Source of the DNA: Candidatus Dojkabacteria bacterium
GTDB taxonomy: Bacteria; Patescibacteriota; Dojkabacteria; B142; JAFGFJ01
NCBI GenBank assembly: GCA_016931155.1
Contig: JAFGFJ010000006.1
Location: 472,652-536,651, forward strand
Length of the DNA: 64,000 nt
Direction of reading: 5' to 3'
A program made the position numbers and the translations under genes. Of the stretch, positions 49,283 through 58,929 are shown in pieces; positions within the stretch are counted from its first letter, which is position 1; each line of letters begins with the position of its first letter. Below the pieces are notes generated by a model. It did not search any database. It saw only the letters and a program-made list of their open reading frames with translations, and had not been told where the DNA came from.

Positions 49283-49909
49283 ATGACATACGATTTAGCT
49301 AGACCGACTATTCAACAGAAAAATATTCTTGATTTTATAGAATCATACATAGCTAAAAATGGAGTATCTCCAACTCTTCTTGAAGTGAAAGATCATATCG
49401 GTGTTAACTCTCTAGGCACTGTATACGAGCATCTGGATAAACTTGAATCAAAAGGGCTCATACAAAGAGATAAAAATGCTCCACGTGGTATAAGGTATCT
49501 GATAAATGTCGGAATATGTATTGGAGAAATGATACAAATCCCAATGGTCGGGACAATTCAAGCGGGATACCCTATAGATTTTGACTTTGATTCATCAGAG
49601 ACTATTGAACTACCCGTGAATTTTATTAAGGGAAAAGATGTTTTTGCTCTTGAAGTAAAGGGTGACAGCATGGTAGATGCTTATGTGACGGAGGGTGATA
49701 TTGTGATCTGTGAAAAAACAAATAGTGTAAGAGACGGTGACATGGTGGCGGCAATGGTTGATCACAGGGAAGCTACCTTAAAGAGGTTTTTTAAAAAGAA
49801 AGGAAGAATAGTTTTAAAACCGGAAAATCCCAAATACAAAGATATTGTCAGGAAAACAGGAGAAATAGAAGTGCAGGGCAAAGTACTTACAATTATTAGA
49901 AATCTTTAG
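49283..49909 (+). CDS. lexA: LexA repressor (S24 peptidase)
   Basis: N-terminal winged HTH; A-G cleavage site (IQAG), catalytic Ser in GDSM and Lys in ATLKRF. Confidence 0.9.
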   Translation: MTYDLARPTIQQKNILDFIESYIAKNGVSPTLLEVKDHIGVNSLGTVYEHLDKLESKGLIQRDKNAPRGIRYLINVGICIGEMIQIPMVGTIQAGYPIDFDFDSSETIELPVNFIKGKDVFALEVKGDSMVDAYVTEGDIVICEKTNSVRDGDMVAAMVDHREATLKRFFKKKGRIVLKPENPKYKDIVRKTGEIEVQGKVLTIIRNL

Positions 49910-49915
49910 CTTAAT

Positions 49916-50521
49916 ATGGCCGGGAAAGAGCTTGAAATTAAATTCCGACTTCCGGATAAAGATCTTAAATTACTTACCAAGTAGCTTTCCAAAAACGCCG
50001 AGTTTATCGGAGAGGAAGATCACGAAGAATATTATTTTGATCATAAAGAGGTTCCTTTTACTTTTATCAACGAGGAAGGAGTAAAGGACGCTACAGACTA
50101 CTTGCGTCTCAGAAAAGAGAAGAGCGGATGATATTCAATTTGCCTCAAAAAATTCCACAAACACTCCGTTCGCAAGCACGAGTACACCCACTGTGATGAG
50201 TACGAGTTTGAAATCTTGGATGCTGGACAGGCAAAGGAGCTTCTAAAGGGCATAGGATTCTCAATTTTTACTCCGGTAATTAAAAACAGGAAAAAATATA
50301 TGTACAAAGTTTTTGAAATTGTAATAGATGATGTAAAAGGACTTGGAAGATTTGCGGAAATAGAGCTGAAAGAAGACTTTGATGATACCGACAAAGCATT
50401 TGAAAAGATATTTGATCTACTGAGGCAAATCGGGCTAAAGAAAATAGAAACACTTAAGAGGGGATATGTTTCCCTTATTTGGAACCCTGACCACGATTTC
50501 TCTGTGATTAAAGAGGTATAA
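49916..50521 (+). pseudogene. CYTH-domain (class IV adenylyl cyclase CyaB-like) gene disrupted by an in-frame stop and two frameshifts
   Basis: Fragments MAGKELEIKFRLPDKD...(TAG) / EFIGEEDHEEYYFD...YLRLRKEK / HEYTHCDEYEFEILD...LGRFAEIELKED are colinear with CyaB across three frames; only the last piece (50216..50521) is an intact ORF. Confidence 0.55.
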
Positions 50522-50538
50522 CTTATTCTTCCTGTAAG

Positions 50539-50769
50539 CTACAGGAGCCTCTGCTTGTACCCGGCCTCAAGTATTTGAACTTTAAATTTCGCTTCGTGAA
50601 GTTTCTCATACCTTTCAAGTCTGACAAGCCTTATAGGGAGTTTCTCCTTTGTCTTCCTTATCAGTCCCTGTCTGTGCCTGCATAGCTCCTCTCTAAAGTT
50701 GGATGTTAAGCCAATATAAGTTGAATCGTCCCTGCACCTGATTGTGTAAACAAAATATGGGGGTTTCAC
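50539..50769 (-). CDS. GIY-YIG nuclease-family small protein (UPF0213/YhbQ-like)
   Basis: YFVYTIRCRDDSTYIGLTSNFREELCRHRQG GIY-YIG core. Confidence 0.7.
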   Translation of the reverse strand: MKPPYFVYTIRCRDDSTYIGLTSNFREELCRHRQGLIRKTKEKLPIRLVRLERYEKLHEAKFKVQILEAGYKQRLL

Positions 50770-51076
50770 GAAAACAGTTTAGGATAAGAAAATTAAAAAA
50801 TTATTAAAAATGAAGATTAAAACAAAAAAGAAATACTCTTTATTCTTTTTCGTTTGAACAATAAGATATATAAACATGCTGATCAACAGCGAATCCAAAA
50901 ATAAGGGAGAACCATACTTAAGGCTGGGTTTTTATTACAGCTATTACATTAAAGATGATGATGATTTCGTAGGAGAGGATTTTGATGACGATTTGCCTTT
51001 GGAAGACTAGTTCTACCACTGGGTTTCAGTGAACCATATGTTTTCAAAATCTACCGAAAGTATTGGTACCGAGACA

Positions 51077-51152
51077 TGGAGCGAACGACCGGAGTCGAAC
51101 CGGCGACCTTCTCGTTGGCAACGAGACGTTCTACCAACTGAACTACGTTCGC
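51077..51152 (-). tRNA. tRNA-Gly (anticodon GCC), CCA encoded
   Basis: Hand-folded cloverleaf; anticodon loop TTGCCAA. Confidence 0.85.
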
Positions 51153-51191
51153 TTGGACTGCTCGAATCTTCTAATTATACATTATAGCTGA

Positions 51192-52019
51192 TTATTTCTT
51201 TCTTTTTCTTGTGCTCCTTTTTTTTGTTTTTGGAGCCGCACTTATTACAGTATTGACAGCTCTCTTTTCCCCTGATTTTAGAGCTTCCAATAGTAGATAA
51301 GCTCCAACTGCAACTAGACCTCCTGCGAGAGGAGCAAGGATGTACAGCCAAACATTTTTAAGTGGATCTCCTCCTTCAAACAAAGCAGGTACCAGGCTTC
51401 TCATTGGGTTAAATGAAGCTCCTGTAATCTGGTTGGAAAATGCTGTGATTGCAAGAAGAGCTAGTCCTGCTACAATCCCACCATATTGTTTGACCTTTTC
51501 GCTCCTGACAACGGATATCACTGTAAATACAAAAAAGAATGTTAGAACAGCTTCAAGCATGAATGATAAATCTGCTGAGCCTTCTAGAAAGGAATTTGAT
51601 AATACAGGGAATTGATCTGATATCTGATCTCTTGTGACTTCTCCCGAAACTGAGCCGGTTGTGTTGTAGGCTGCAAGCTGAATATCTACAATGGACTCTC
51701 TTACCCATGAAATGAACTGATAAGCAGCGATACCTCCAATCAACTGAGCTAGTAAATAGGACATTGTATCCATCAATGCAGGTACCATCTTTTTTGTACC
51801 TCTTACAGCATGAGTAAGATTTGCGGCAACAGTAAGCACAGGATTGAAGTGAGCTTCGGTATAACTACCAAGAGCGAGCACCAGTGCACCAAAACCCAAC
51901 CCGACCGCAAATGCGGCAAGGGAACCTCCAAACACCGCAGACATATATATAATAGCGAAAAAAAGAAACGTACCTAACGACTCGGCAAAGTACTCGCCGA
52001 CCTTCTGAGTTAACTTCAT
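51192..52019 (-). CDS. MIP-family channel (aquaporin/glycerol facilitator) with NPV and NPM in place of the two NPA boxes
   Basis: HFNPVLT and SFNPMRS half-helix motifs; six TM helices. Confidence 0.85.
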   Translation of the reverse strand: MKLTQKVGEYFAESLGTFLFFAIIYMSAVFGGSLAAFAVGLGFGALVLALGSYTEAHFNPVLTVAANLTHAVRGTKKMVPALMDTMSYLLAQLIGGIAAYQFISWVRESIVDIQLAAYNTTGSVSGEVTRDQISDQFPVLSNSFLEGSADLSFMLEAVLTFFFVFTVISVVRSEKVKQYGGIVAGLALLAITAFSNQITGASFNPMRSLVPALFEGGDPLKNVWLYILAPLAGGLVAVGAYLLLEALKSGEKRAVNTVISAAPKTKKRSTRKRKK

Positions 52020-52112
52020 TTTAAAAAAATATTAAATAAAATCGCGGGCAGATCTGAAATTGTATAGAAATAGTTTTCACAGGTCAAATATGGTATCTTG
52101 AGAACAATTGCT

Positions 52113-52835
52113 ATGCATAGATTTTTCGTAGAAAAAAGGAATATTTTTCCGGGAAAGGTTTTACTTGAAGATAGCGAAAGCATTCACAAAATCCGGCAGG
52201 TTTTGAGACTGAATATCGGTGATAAGATTACTCTTTTTGACGGGGAGGGAGGGGAATATAGTGGAGAAATAATGACACTTCAGAAGGCAGGAATTATGGT
52301 AAAAATCGGATCCAGACTGAAGAACGAAAGAACAGATAAACAGTACCTTACTCTTGGGCAGGCTCTTACCAGATCGACAAAGATTGATAATGTTGTGAGA
52401 ATGAATACAGAGGCAGGAGTAAAGGAGTTTGTGTTTTTTGAAGCAGACTATGGAGTTGTTAAGCTCAAGGATTTTAATGAGAATAAAATAGAAAGGTGGA
52501 GGAAAATTACTCAGGAGGCGTGCAGGCAAAGTGAGAGGGCAGATATTCCAAATATAAATTTTTCGGTAAGTTTTGGTGAGGTTATTGGTATTGAGGCGGA
52601 TTTAAAAATAATTCTGCATTGTAGAAATATTGAAGGCTCTGCGGATCTGAAAAATTTAAGAAAAAAGATAAAAAGCGATTCCAGAATTTTAATTTTGGTT
52701 GGACCGGAGGGTGGCTTTTCAAAGGAAGAACTAAAAAAAGCTAAAGCAAAAGGATTTATTTTTGGCTTTCTGAATTTGCCAATTCTGAGAACTGAAACAG
52801 CCGGGATTGTAGCTTCTTCAATATTACTGTCTTAA
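52113..52835 (+). CDS. rsmE: 16S rRNA (uracil1498-N3)-methyltransferase RsmE
   Basis: MHRFFVEK N-terminus (PUA-like) and SPOUT C-terminal half; start at ATG 52113 inside track ORF. Confidence 0.85.
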   Translation: MHRFFVEKRNIFPGKVLLEDSESIHKIRQVLRLNIGDKITLFDGEGGEYSGEIMTLQKAGIMVKIGSRLKNERTDKQYLTLGQALTRSTKIDNVVRMNTEAGVKEFVFFEADYGVVKLKDFNENKIERWRKITQEACRQSERADIPNINFSVSFGEVIGIEADLKIILHCRNIEGSADLKNLRKKIKSDSRILILVGPEGGFSKEELKKAKAKGFIFGFLNLPILRTETAGIVASSILLS

Positions 52836-53530
52836 TATAGATTAATCAAAAGATTTCCGTTATATTCTGGGTTATAATTAAAACCAGCTGAAAGTGCTGG
52901 CCTATCAATGATAATAAGACCTCTTGCAAAGCTGAGTGGGTTTTTTCTGTTAATTTGCTCAATCTGTTCAACAGGAAGGCTTTCTGGACAATTGGTTATT
53001 TTATAGTGATTGTGGACAGATATTACTATTGCTTTTTTTGCTCCTGCCATTCTAGATGCCTCCAGTATTGCTTGAAGTATCTCCGTTCTAAAGTCGAACT
53101 GTAAGAATTTTCTTTTGCTTTGTCTTGTTTGAAATTTATCTCTACTAATTCCTTGAGGCATTTGACCGATGACTGCCACTAATTCCCCGGTCGGCTCCTT
53201 CCATATGTCAAAAGCAGAAGAAGCGACTGCCTGCCGGGTATATGGGTCAACAAGTTGGAGTCCTAATTGTCCATCTATTATGTAGTTACTATGCCAACCT
53301 TCTTCCTTTACCTTTACAATTTTTCTTACGTCAACTGATCTCATCTCAAGTAAAAATTGGTTTGTTTCTAAATATGGGAATCTATAGAAATCAGAAAGGT
53401 TAGTTCTATGGCTTATCTGGTAAGAACCGTTAGTGTAAGTGAGGAAAATTTCATTATTGATACCCTTTTGGGCTAAGGCCAAAACATTTGGCAAAGTATT
53501 ATCTAATTGTTCTACAGAAAAACCTGACAT
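52832..53530 (-). CDS. hypothetical protein
   Basis: 232-aa ORF; no motif recognised. Confidence 0.5.
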   Translation of the reverse strand: MSGFSVEQLDNTLPNVLALAQKGINNEIFLTYTNGSYQISHRTNLSDFYRFPYLETNQFLLEMRSVDVRKIVKVKEEGWHSNYIIDGQLGLQLVDPYTRQAVASSAFDIWKEPTGELVAVIGQMPQGISRDKFQTRQSKRKFLQFDFRTEILQAILEASRMAGAKKAIVISVHNHYKITNCPESLPVEQIEQINRKNPLSFARGLIIIDRPALSAGFNYNPEYNGNLLINLY

Positions 53531-53652
53531 AAAAGGCTCTATAACAACTATATATTATAGTCCGGCACTTTTACTTTTGTCAATTTCTGGCTAGTTTTAT
53601 ATTCAGAATGGATTTGCTAATATGGTCTCTGTCTTTTATAATCATTTTAGTT

Positions 53653-53726
53653 TGCCGAGGTAGCTCAGTTGGTAGAGCACGCGACTGAAAATCGCGGTGT
53701 CGCCAGTTCAATTCTGGCCCTCGGCA
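53653..53726 (+). tRNA. tRNA-Phe (anticodon GAA), CCA not encoded
   Basis: Hand-folded cloverleaf; anticodon loop CTGAAAA. Confidence 0.85.
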
Positions 53727-53886
53727 CACTGTACTTGAGTTTTATGAAGCCGTACCGATGATAACGTTTCAATTTTGTCATCATCCCAAAGTTTAGAAAA
53801 AATCTAAGCTCAAATAGGTACAAATCGGTAACTTTTTTTTTGAGCAGTTATCATTGCCTGGCACATGTTATAATAAACACCGCTCA

Positions 53887-53963
53887 GGGCACCTAGCTCA
53901 ACTGGTTAGAGCAATTCGTTTACACCGAATAGGTTGGGGGTTCGAGTCCCTTGGTGCCCACCA
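53887..53963 (+). tRNA. tRNA-Val (anticodon TAC), CCA encoded
   Basis: Hand-folded cloverleaf; anticodon loop TTTACAC. Confidence 0.85.
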
Positions 53964-53969
53964 TCAATT

Positions 53970-54719
53970 TTAAAGTTTTTCCAGTATCATAAAATGTGAA
54001 ATCCCGAAGTAGTGAAGAGGTGTTGATTCAGCAACTTTTGTAAATCCTTTCATAAAGTTACCCAAAAGTTTCGATCTGTTTTGTAGCCCGTCGAAGCCGG
54101 GGAAAACGTGCTTATGGTGAACAATTTTTATCGGCAGTGCCTGCAATAGATTTTTGATTTTTCTGTTTGAATAATTCCTCACATGAGGTGTGAGTCTGTT
54201 GAAAATAAAATTCGGGAGCCAGGTAACAAGTGGAATATTCCCGAATTTATACTTTCCGTTTATGTAAATTCCGTGGGTCTCGAATGGCCAGAGTCTATTT
54301 GGTGCGAAAATAATCAGTTTTCCTCCCGGCTTCAAAACCCTTACAAGCTCCCTTACGGATTTTCTGTCATTGTCTACATGTTCCAGGACTTCATGAAACC
54401 AGATGATATCGAAAGAATTATTTTTGTATGGTAATTTTTCTGCACCACTAATAGTTACGTTCTTGAATTTCTTTTTTGCAAGTTCTATTTTTCTCGGGTC
54501 AGGATCGAACCCGTAAATATTACTAGAAAATTCTGAAAATTTCTCCATGAACATGCCTATTCCGCATCCTGCATCTAGGATCTTTTTGTCATCCAAAATC
54601 ACGAGTTTTCGAACCATTTTTAATCTTCTCTCCAGTCCATAAGTCCAGTATGAGGAAGGACTTCCTGACTTAATACTCTCGAAATCACTGTATTTTTTTT
54701 GCCAGTTTCCGTTGGGCAT
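53970..54719 (-). CDS. class I SAM-dependent methyltransferase
   Basis: Motif I ILDAGCGIGMF and motif post-I/II spacing typical of type 11 methyltransferases. Confidence 0.8.
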   Translation of the reverse strand: MPNGNWQKKYSDFESIKSGSPSSYWTYGLERRLKMVRKLVILDDKKILDAGCGIGMFMEKFSEFSSNIYGFDPDPRKIELAKKKFKNVTISGAEKLPYKNNSFDIIWFHEVLEHVDNDRKSVRELVRVLKPGGKLIIFAPNRLWPFETHGIYINGKYKFGNIPLVTWLPNFIFNRLTPHVRNYSNRKIKNLLQALPIKIVHHKHVFPGFDGLQNRSKLLGNFMKGFTKVAESTPLHYFGISHFMILEKL

Positions 54720-54725
54720 AGAAAA

Positions 54726-55835
54726 TTAGTAGAAGCTGAGCCATATTCCTATTGCTGCAAATACTGAGCTGAAAAGCCAAAATCTCATCACGACTTTTGT
54801 TTCCGGCCATCCTTTAAGCTCATAATGATGATGTAGTGGAGCCATTCTGAACAATCTTCTACCAATTGTTCTTCTTGCAATTCCCTGAATAAGAGTTGTT
54901 GCTATCTCTGCGATAAACAACATACAAATAGGAATAAGAAGCAAAGGCTTTTCCAAAGCAAATGCAACTGTTGCAAGAAGTGTTCCCAATGCGAGTGATC
55001 CTACGTCACCCATTTGGAATCTTGCTGGTGGAATGTTGAAATACAGGTATGCGATTAATGCGCCACACACGCTAGCACAAAGTAAAGCGATTGGCATATT
55101 TAACTGGAGTACAGAAATTATCAAGAACGTCCCAAAGCTTGAAAGTAGTAATCCTGCCGAAAGACCGTCCATGCCGTCTGCGATATTTACAGCATTTGTC
55201 ATACTTATTATGGTGAAAATTACGAAAGGGATCATAAGCCAGCCAATATTTATTCCTCCCAGGAAGGGAATCCATAAGAACCCCGGGACAGGAAACCCGG
55301 CAAGATAATAGATCCAAATAGCCACAATACCACCAGCGATAGCCTGAACCAGAATTTTTTCATGAGCCTGAATGCCCTTACCAGGATTTGATCCAAGCAT
55401 AAAAAACAGCCTTTTATATATTGCCCAGGGAAGAGTTAATAAATAATATAGTCTCATCAATGGGCTGGCGTGAACTTTTATCAACATAAGAATCCTGCTG
55501 ATTTTTCTTACTGGTCTTTTTCTGCCATAAATGTTTAGTACATCATCAAAAGCTCCCAGAAGTGCTGAAATGGAGAAAACCAGCAGTGGGACTTTTGTTG
55601 TCCCGTTGAAATTGAATATGATGTTTACTAGAAGTACTGCAAGTATGACAATAAGCCCTCCCATTATTGGTGTACCAACCTTCAACTTTCTGGCTTCTAT
55701 CAAGGTGGAAAAATCTACATCAATTTCCCTTACTATTTTGAACTTGTAAAGAAGTGAGATGATTGGGATTGATAAGGCAAAACCCAGAACCGATGACCCT
55801 AGAAAAACTGACACAATCAACAATACATCTATCAT
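54726..55835 (-). CDS. mraY: phospho-N-acetylmuramoyl-pentapeptide transferase
   Basis: KVGTPIMGG, NAVNIADGMDGLSAG, HHHYELKGWPETKVVMRFW blocks. Confidence 0.9.
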   Translation of the reverse strand: MIDVLLIVSVFLGSSVLGFALSIPIISLLYKFKIVREIDVDFSTLIEARKLKVGTPIMGGLIVILAVLLVNIIFNFNGTTKVPLLVFSISALLGAFDDVLNIYGRKRPVRKISRILMLIKVHASPLMRLYYLLTLPWAIYKRLFFMLGSNPGKGIQAHEKILVQAIAGGIVAIWIYYLAGFPVPGFLWIPFLGGINIGWLMIPFVIFTIISMTNAVNIADGMDGLSAGLLLSSFGTFLIISVLQLNMPIALLCASVCGALIAYLYFNIPPARFQMGDVGSLALGTLLATVAFALEKPLLLIPICMLFIAEIATTLIQGIARRTIGRRLFRMAPLHHHYELKGWPETKVVMRFWLFSSVFAAIGIWLSFY

Positions 55836-55931
55836 GGTTATTGAGATATGACTAAAACAAATAACGTAATAACTGACTAATAATTACCCTTCGTATGTTA
55901 TACTTGCCCAGACATATTAGCAGATTAAGAA

Positions 55932-56135
55932 ATGTTAAAGAAGTTGATTGAGCCGATGCAGTTGGTTTTGCTCCAAAAGAAATATTGCCCTGGTTGTACT
56001 AGAAAACTTGATTCGCAAAGGAATAGAACTGGAAGATCACAAACAACTGAGAAGGTAGTCTGTGATTGTGGAAGGATTTTCATTTATGATAAAGAGCTAG
56101 ATACTTATAGGAGGGCTGCATTTCAAGAGGTATAG
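55932..56135 (+). CDS. small zinc-ribbon protein
   Basis: CPGC...CDCG spacing; 67 aa, ends 7 bp before uvrC. Confidence 0.4.
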   Translation: MLKKLIEPMQLVLLQKKYCPGCTRKLDSQRNRTGRSQTTEKVVCDCGRIFIYDKELDTYRRAAFQEV

Positions 56136-56141
56136 CCTGGT

Positions 56142-57758
56142 ATGTTCTATCCCACAGAAGATTTAAAAGATAAAGTACTGTCGGCACCATTTCAACCTGG
56201 CTGTTATATTTACCGAAATAACAGAGGAGAAGTTTTGTATATAGGAAAAGCAGTAAACCTTCGTAGTCGAACAAGATCATATTTCCAGAATTTCCACAGA
56301 CTGGATCCAAGGATTAAAGTACTTGTTGAGCAGATCAATGACGTTGAGTATGTTACAACTGACTCGGAACTTGAGGCATTGATTCTTGAAACAAATCTGA
56401 TTAAAAAGTATATGCCCAAATACAATCGTCTGATGAAAGACGACAAAAACTATATTTGGGTTATGGTTCCGAAAAATACTGATTTTCCCAAAATTGAGTT
56501 TGTAAGAGAAAAGAGAATAAAAAATGCGGACTATTTTGGTCCATATCCGGAGACAATGCCAATAAAAAGGACACTAAGAAGGCTAAGACATATTTTCCCA
56601 TTCAGAAGTTGTAACAGAAAAATATGTGAACAGGAAGAGAACGGCAGAAAAACTGTGGTATCTTCGGATTCGAAACCTTGTTTGTATTTTTATCTTGGTC
56701 TTTGTAATGGTCCTTGCACAGGAAAAATCTCTAAGGCTAATTATATGAAAGGTATAAATGATATCAAAAGATTTTTCCGTGGAGAAAGAAACAAAATCAT
56801 TGATGAATTAAGAAAAGAAATGGAAGAAAATTCCCGGCAAATGGGCTTTGAAAAGGCTGCCTCCTTGAGAGATAAGATTCAGGATATAAACTATGTGACA
56901 CAAACAATCAAAATAGATAAGGACATGGATGAAGTAATTTTGAAGGCCGAGAAGCAGAAGTTAAGATCAAAAGCTTTGCAGGAGCTCATTGAGAAATTAG
57001 ATATTCAAAATCTAAAATTGAAGAGTAATTTTAAAATTGAAACATATGATGTTTCTAATATTCAGGGAAAAAATGCAACTTCGTCGATGGTCGTTTTGAT
57101 TGACGGGAGATCAGAAAAATCTCATTACAGAAAGTTTAAAATTAAGACGAAATCAACTCCTGACGACTTTGAAATGATGCGGGAGACCTTCAGTAGAAGG
57201 TTTGCCAGAAAGTCAAAAGTGATGAAAAAAGGAAACCAATTACATAACAGGAAGAGTGAAAATATAAATAAGGATGCTAGTGCAGTAATAGACAGAAAAG
57301 ATTCTGATAAAAGCTTCGATATTTTTCCTGATCTTATTGTAGTTGATGGAGGAAAGGATCAATTAGGTGCTGCTTTTCGTGTTCTTCAGGAAATGACTGT
57401 TGATGTTCCGGTTATTGGTCTTGCAAAAAGGGAAGAAGAGATTTTTAAGATTTTTGAAAAAGATGGCGAGCTGGATTTCAAAAAAGCAAAGATATCTAGA
57501 AAATCTGAGGCATCCTATCTACTTCAAAATATCAGGGATGAAGCTCATAGATTTGCTTTAGGTTATCACAGGAAATTAAGATCAAAATCTCAGGTGAAGT
57601 CGATCCTGGATGACATTCCAGGAATAGGAAAACTGACTAAAATGAAACTTTTGAAAGCGTTTGGAAGTACAGAGGGAGTTAGAAAGGCAAGAAGAAAAGA
57701 TCTTTTTACTATTGTGAGAAACAGATCTACTATTGATAAAATAAAAAGACTACTTTAG
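56142..57758 (+). CDS. uvrC: excinuclease ABC subunit C
   Basis: N-terminal GIY-YIG (GCYIYRNNRGEVLYIGKA), UvrBC domain, C-terminal RNase H-like and HhH (PGIGKLTKMKLL). Confidence 0.9.
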   Translation: MFYPTEDLKDKVLSAPFQPGCYIYRNNRGEVLYIGKAVNLRSRTRSYFQNFHRLDPRIKVLVEQINDVEYVTTDSELEALILETNLIKKYMPKYNRLMKDDKNYIWVMVPKNTDFPKIEFVREKRIKNADYFGPYPETMPIKRTLRRLRHIFPFRSCNRKICEQEENGRKTVVSSDSKPCLYFYLGLCNGPCTGKISKANYMKGINDIKRFFRGERNKIIDELRKEMEENSRQMGFEKAASLRDKIQDINYVTQTIKIDKDMDEVILKAEKQKLRSKALQELIEKLDIQNLKLKSNFKIETYDVSNIQGKNATSSMVVLIDGRSEKSHYRKFKIKTKSTPDDFEMMRETFSRRFARKSKVMKKGNQLHNRKSENINKDASAVIDRKDSDKSFDIFPDLIVVDGGKDQLGAAFRVLQEMTVDVPVIGLAKREEEIFKIFEKDGELDFKKAKISRKSEASYLLQNIRDEAHRFALGYHRKLRSKSQVKSILDDIPGIGKLTKMKLLKAFGSTEGVRKARRKDLFTIVRNRSTIDKIKRLL

Positions 57759-57776
57759 ATCAAAATTACGATATGC

Positions 57777-58841
57777 TTAGATTACTCCAGGTATAAACAT
57801 CCATTTGACTTTCTTTATGTACTTTTTATAATCGGGATCAGTCAGCAGGTGGTCTTCTTCAGTCTTTGCTCTGAAGTAGTAGATTATGTTCCATCCCAAC
57901 AAAGACACCAATCCCGCTAGTGAGAGACCTCTCATAAATCCTTCTATCCACCAGGCAATGTTTTTCGAGATATAGGCTGGATGTCGGATAAACTTGTATG
58001 GTCCTTTTGATACTATGCCTCTATTGGTAAGATTGCTTGATTTTGTGCCCAGGGCAAATGTTGCCCAAACGTAAAGTAGGTATGCAAACAACGTCAATAT
58101 TTTCAATGATCTTAATATAACAACACTTGAACCTGATGATCCAAATGTAACCAGTGTTTTCGTAATCATGAAAGTGTTTGCTGAATTACCAAATAGAAAA
58201 ACAGGGAGATTGCTCAAAAACTGTGAAGTTTGAGTATTGAGCGGAGGGTATGAAGCAAGCGCAATAAACCATCCAAAAAAAGTCGGTTCAACTGATTTTA
58301 TTTCACTCTTGAGTTCTTTGGCTTCGAATGCATATCCGAATGTGAATATCAGGGTGTCGAAAAAAAATAATAGTGTAATAATAAAATCAAATGTGTAATT
58401 AAAGTCAGCAAATAAATCAAATTTGCCACTTATCAGGTTGGAAACTCCAAGAGATACAGTTGGCCATCTTCCGATGAAAAAGGAAAACATTATTGGAAAA
58501 AAGAAAAACTTTACTGCAATGGAAAGAATTGCCGTCTTTAGCTTCTTTTTATCCACTTTTATTTTTTCTGGCTTGAAGAAATTTAGTAGATATGAGTATA
58601 AAAGAGCAATCTTGCTATCTCCAAGAGGAATCTTTTTCGTATAGCAGTAAAGGAAGTAAATCAGGTTAACAAATAAATAGATAAAAAAGAAATAGACCAG
58701 TAAACTTATTCCGTAGACGCCTATAAAGCCCTTAAAATAAGGAATTTTTGTATAAATCAGGTAAGACAGGGCAGTAAGAAGAGCTGTTCCTTCGAGGTTA
58801 ATCAATAAAAAATTTAATTCGCTATTTTTTTGTTTTCTCAT
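57777..58841 (-). CDS. polytopic membrane protein with C-terminal ICMT/PEMT-like methyltransferase domain
   Basis: YKFIRHPAYISKNIAWW ... EEDHLL signature after eight-plus TM helices. Confidence 0.6.
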   Translation of the reverse strand: MRKQKNSELNFLLINLEGTALLTALSYLIYTKIPYFKGFIGVYGISLLVYFFFIYLFVNLIYFLYCYTKKIPLGDSKIALLYSYLLNFFKPEKIKVDKKKLKTAILSIAVKFFFFPIMFSFFIGRWPTVSLGVSNLISGKFDLFADFNYTFDFIITLLFFFDTLIFTFGYAFEAKELKSEIKSVEPTFFGWFIALASYPPLNTQTSQFLSNLPVFLFGNSANTFMITKTLVTFGSSGSSVVILRSLKILTLFAYLLYVWATFALGTKSSNLTNRGIVSKGPYKFIRHPAYISKNIAWWIEGFMRGLSLAGLVSLLGWNIIYYFRAKTEEDHLLTDPDYKKYIKKVKWMFIPGVI

Positions 58842-58929
58842 CTGTTCTTCTATGGGTGTTATGAATTATAGAAGAATATAGTTGTCATAACCAGTAATTT
58901 TTACTACCATGGATTAGGAAAATAATAAA

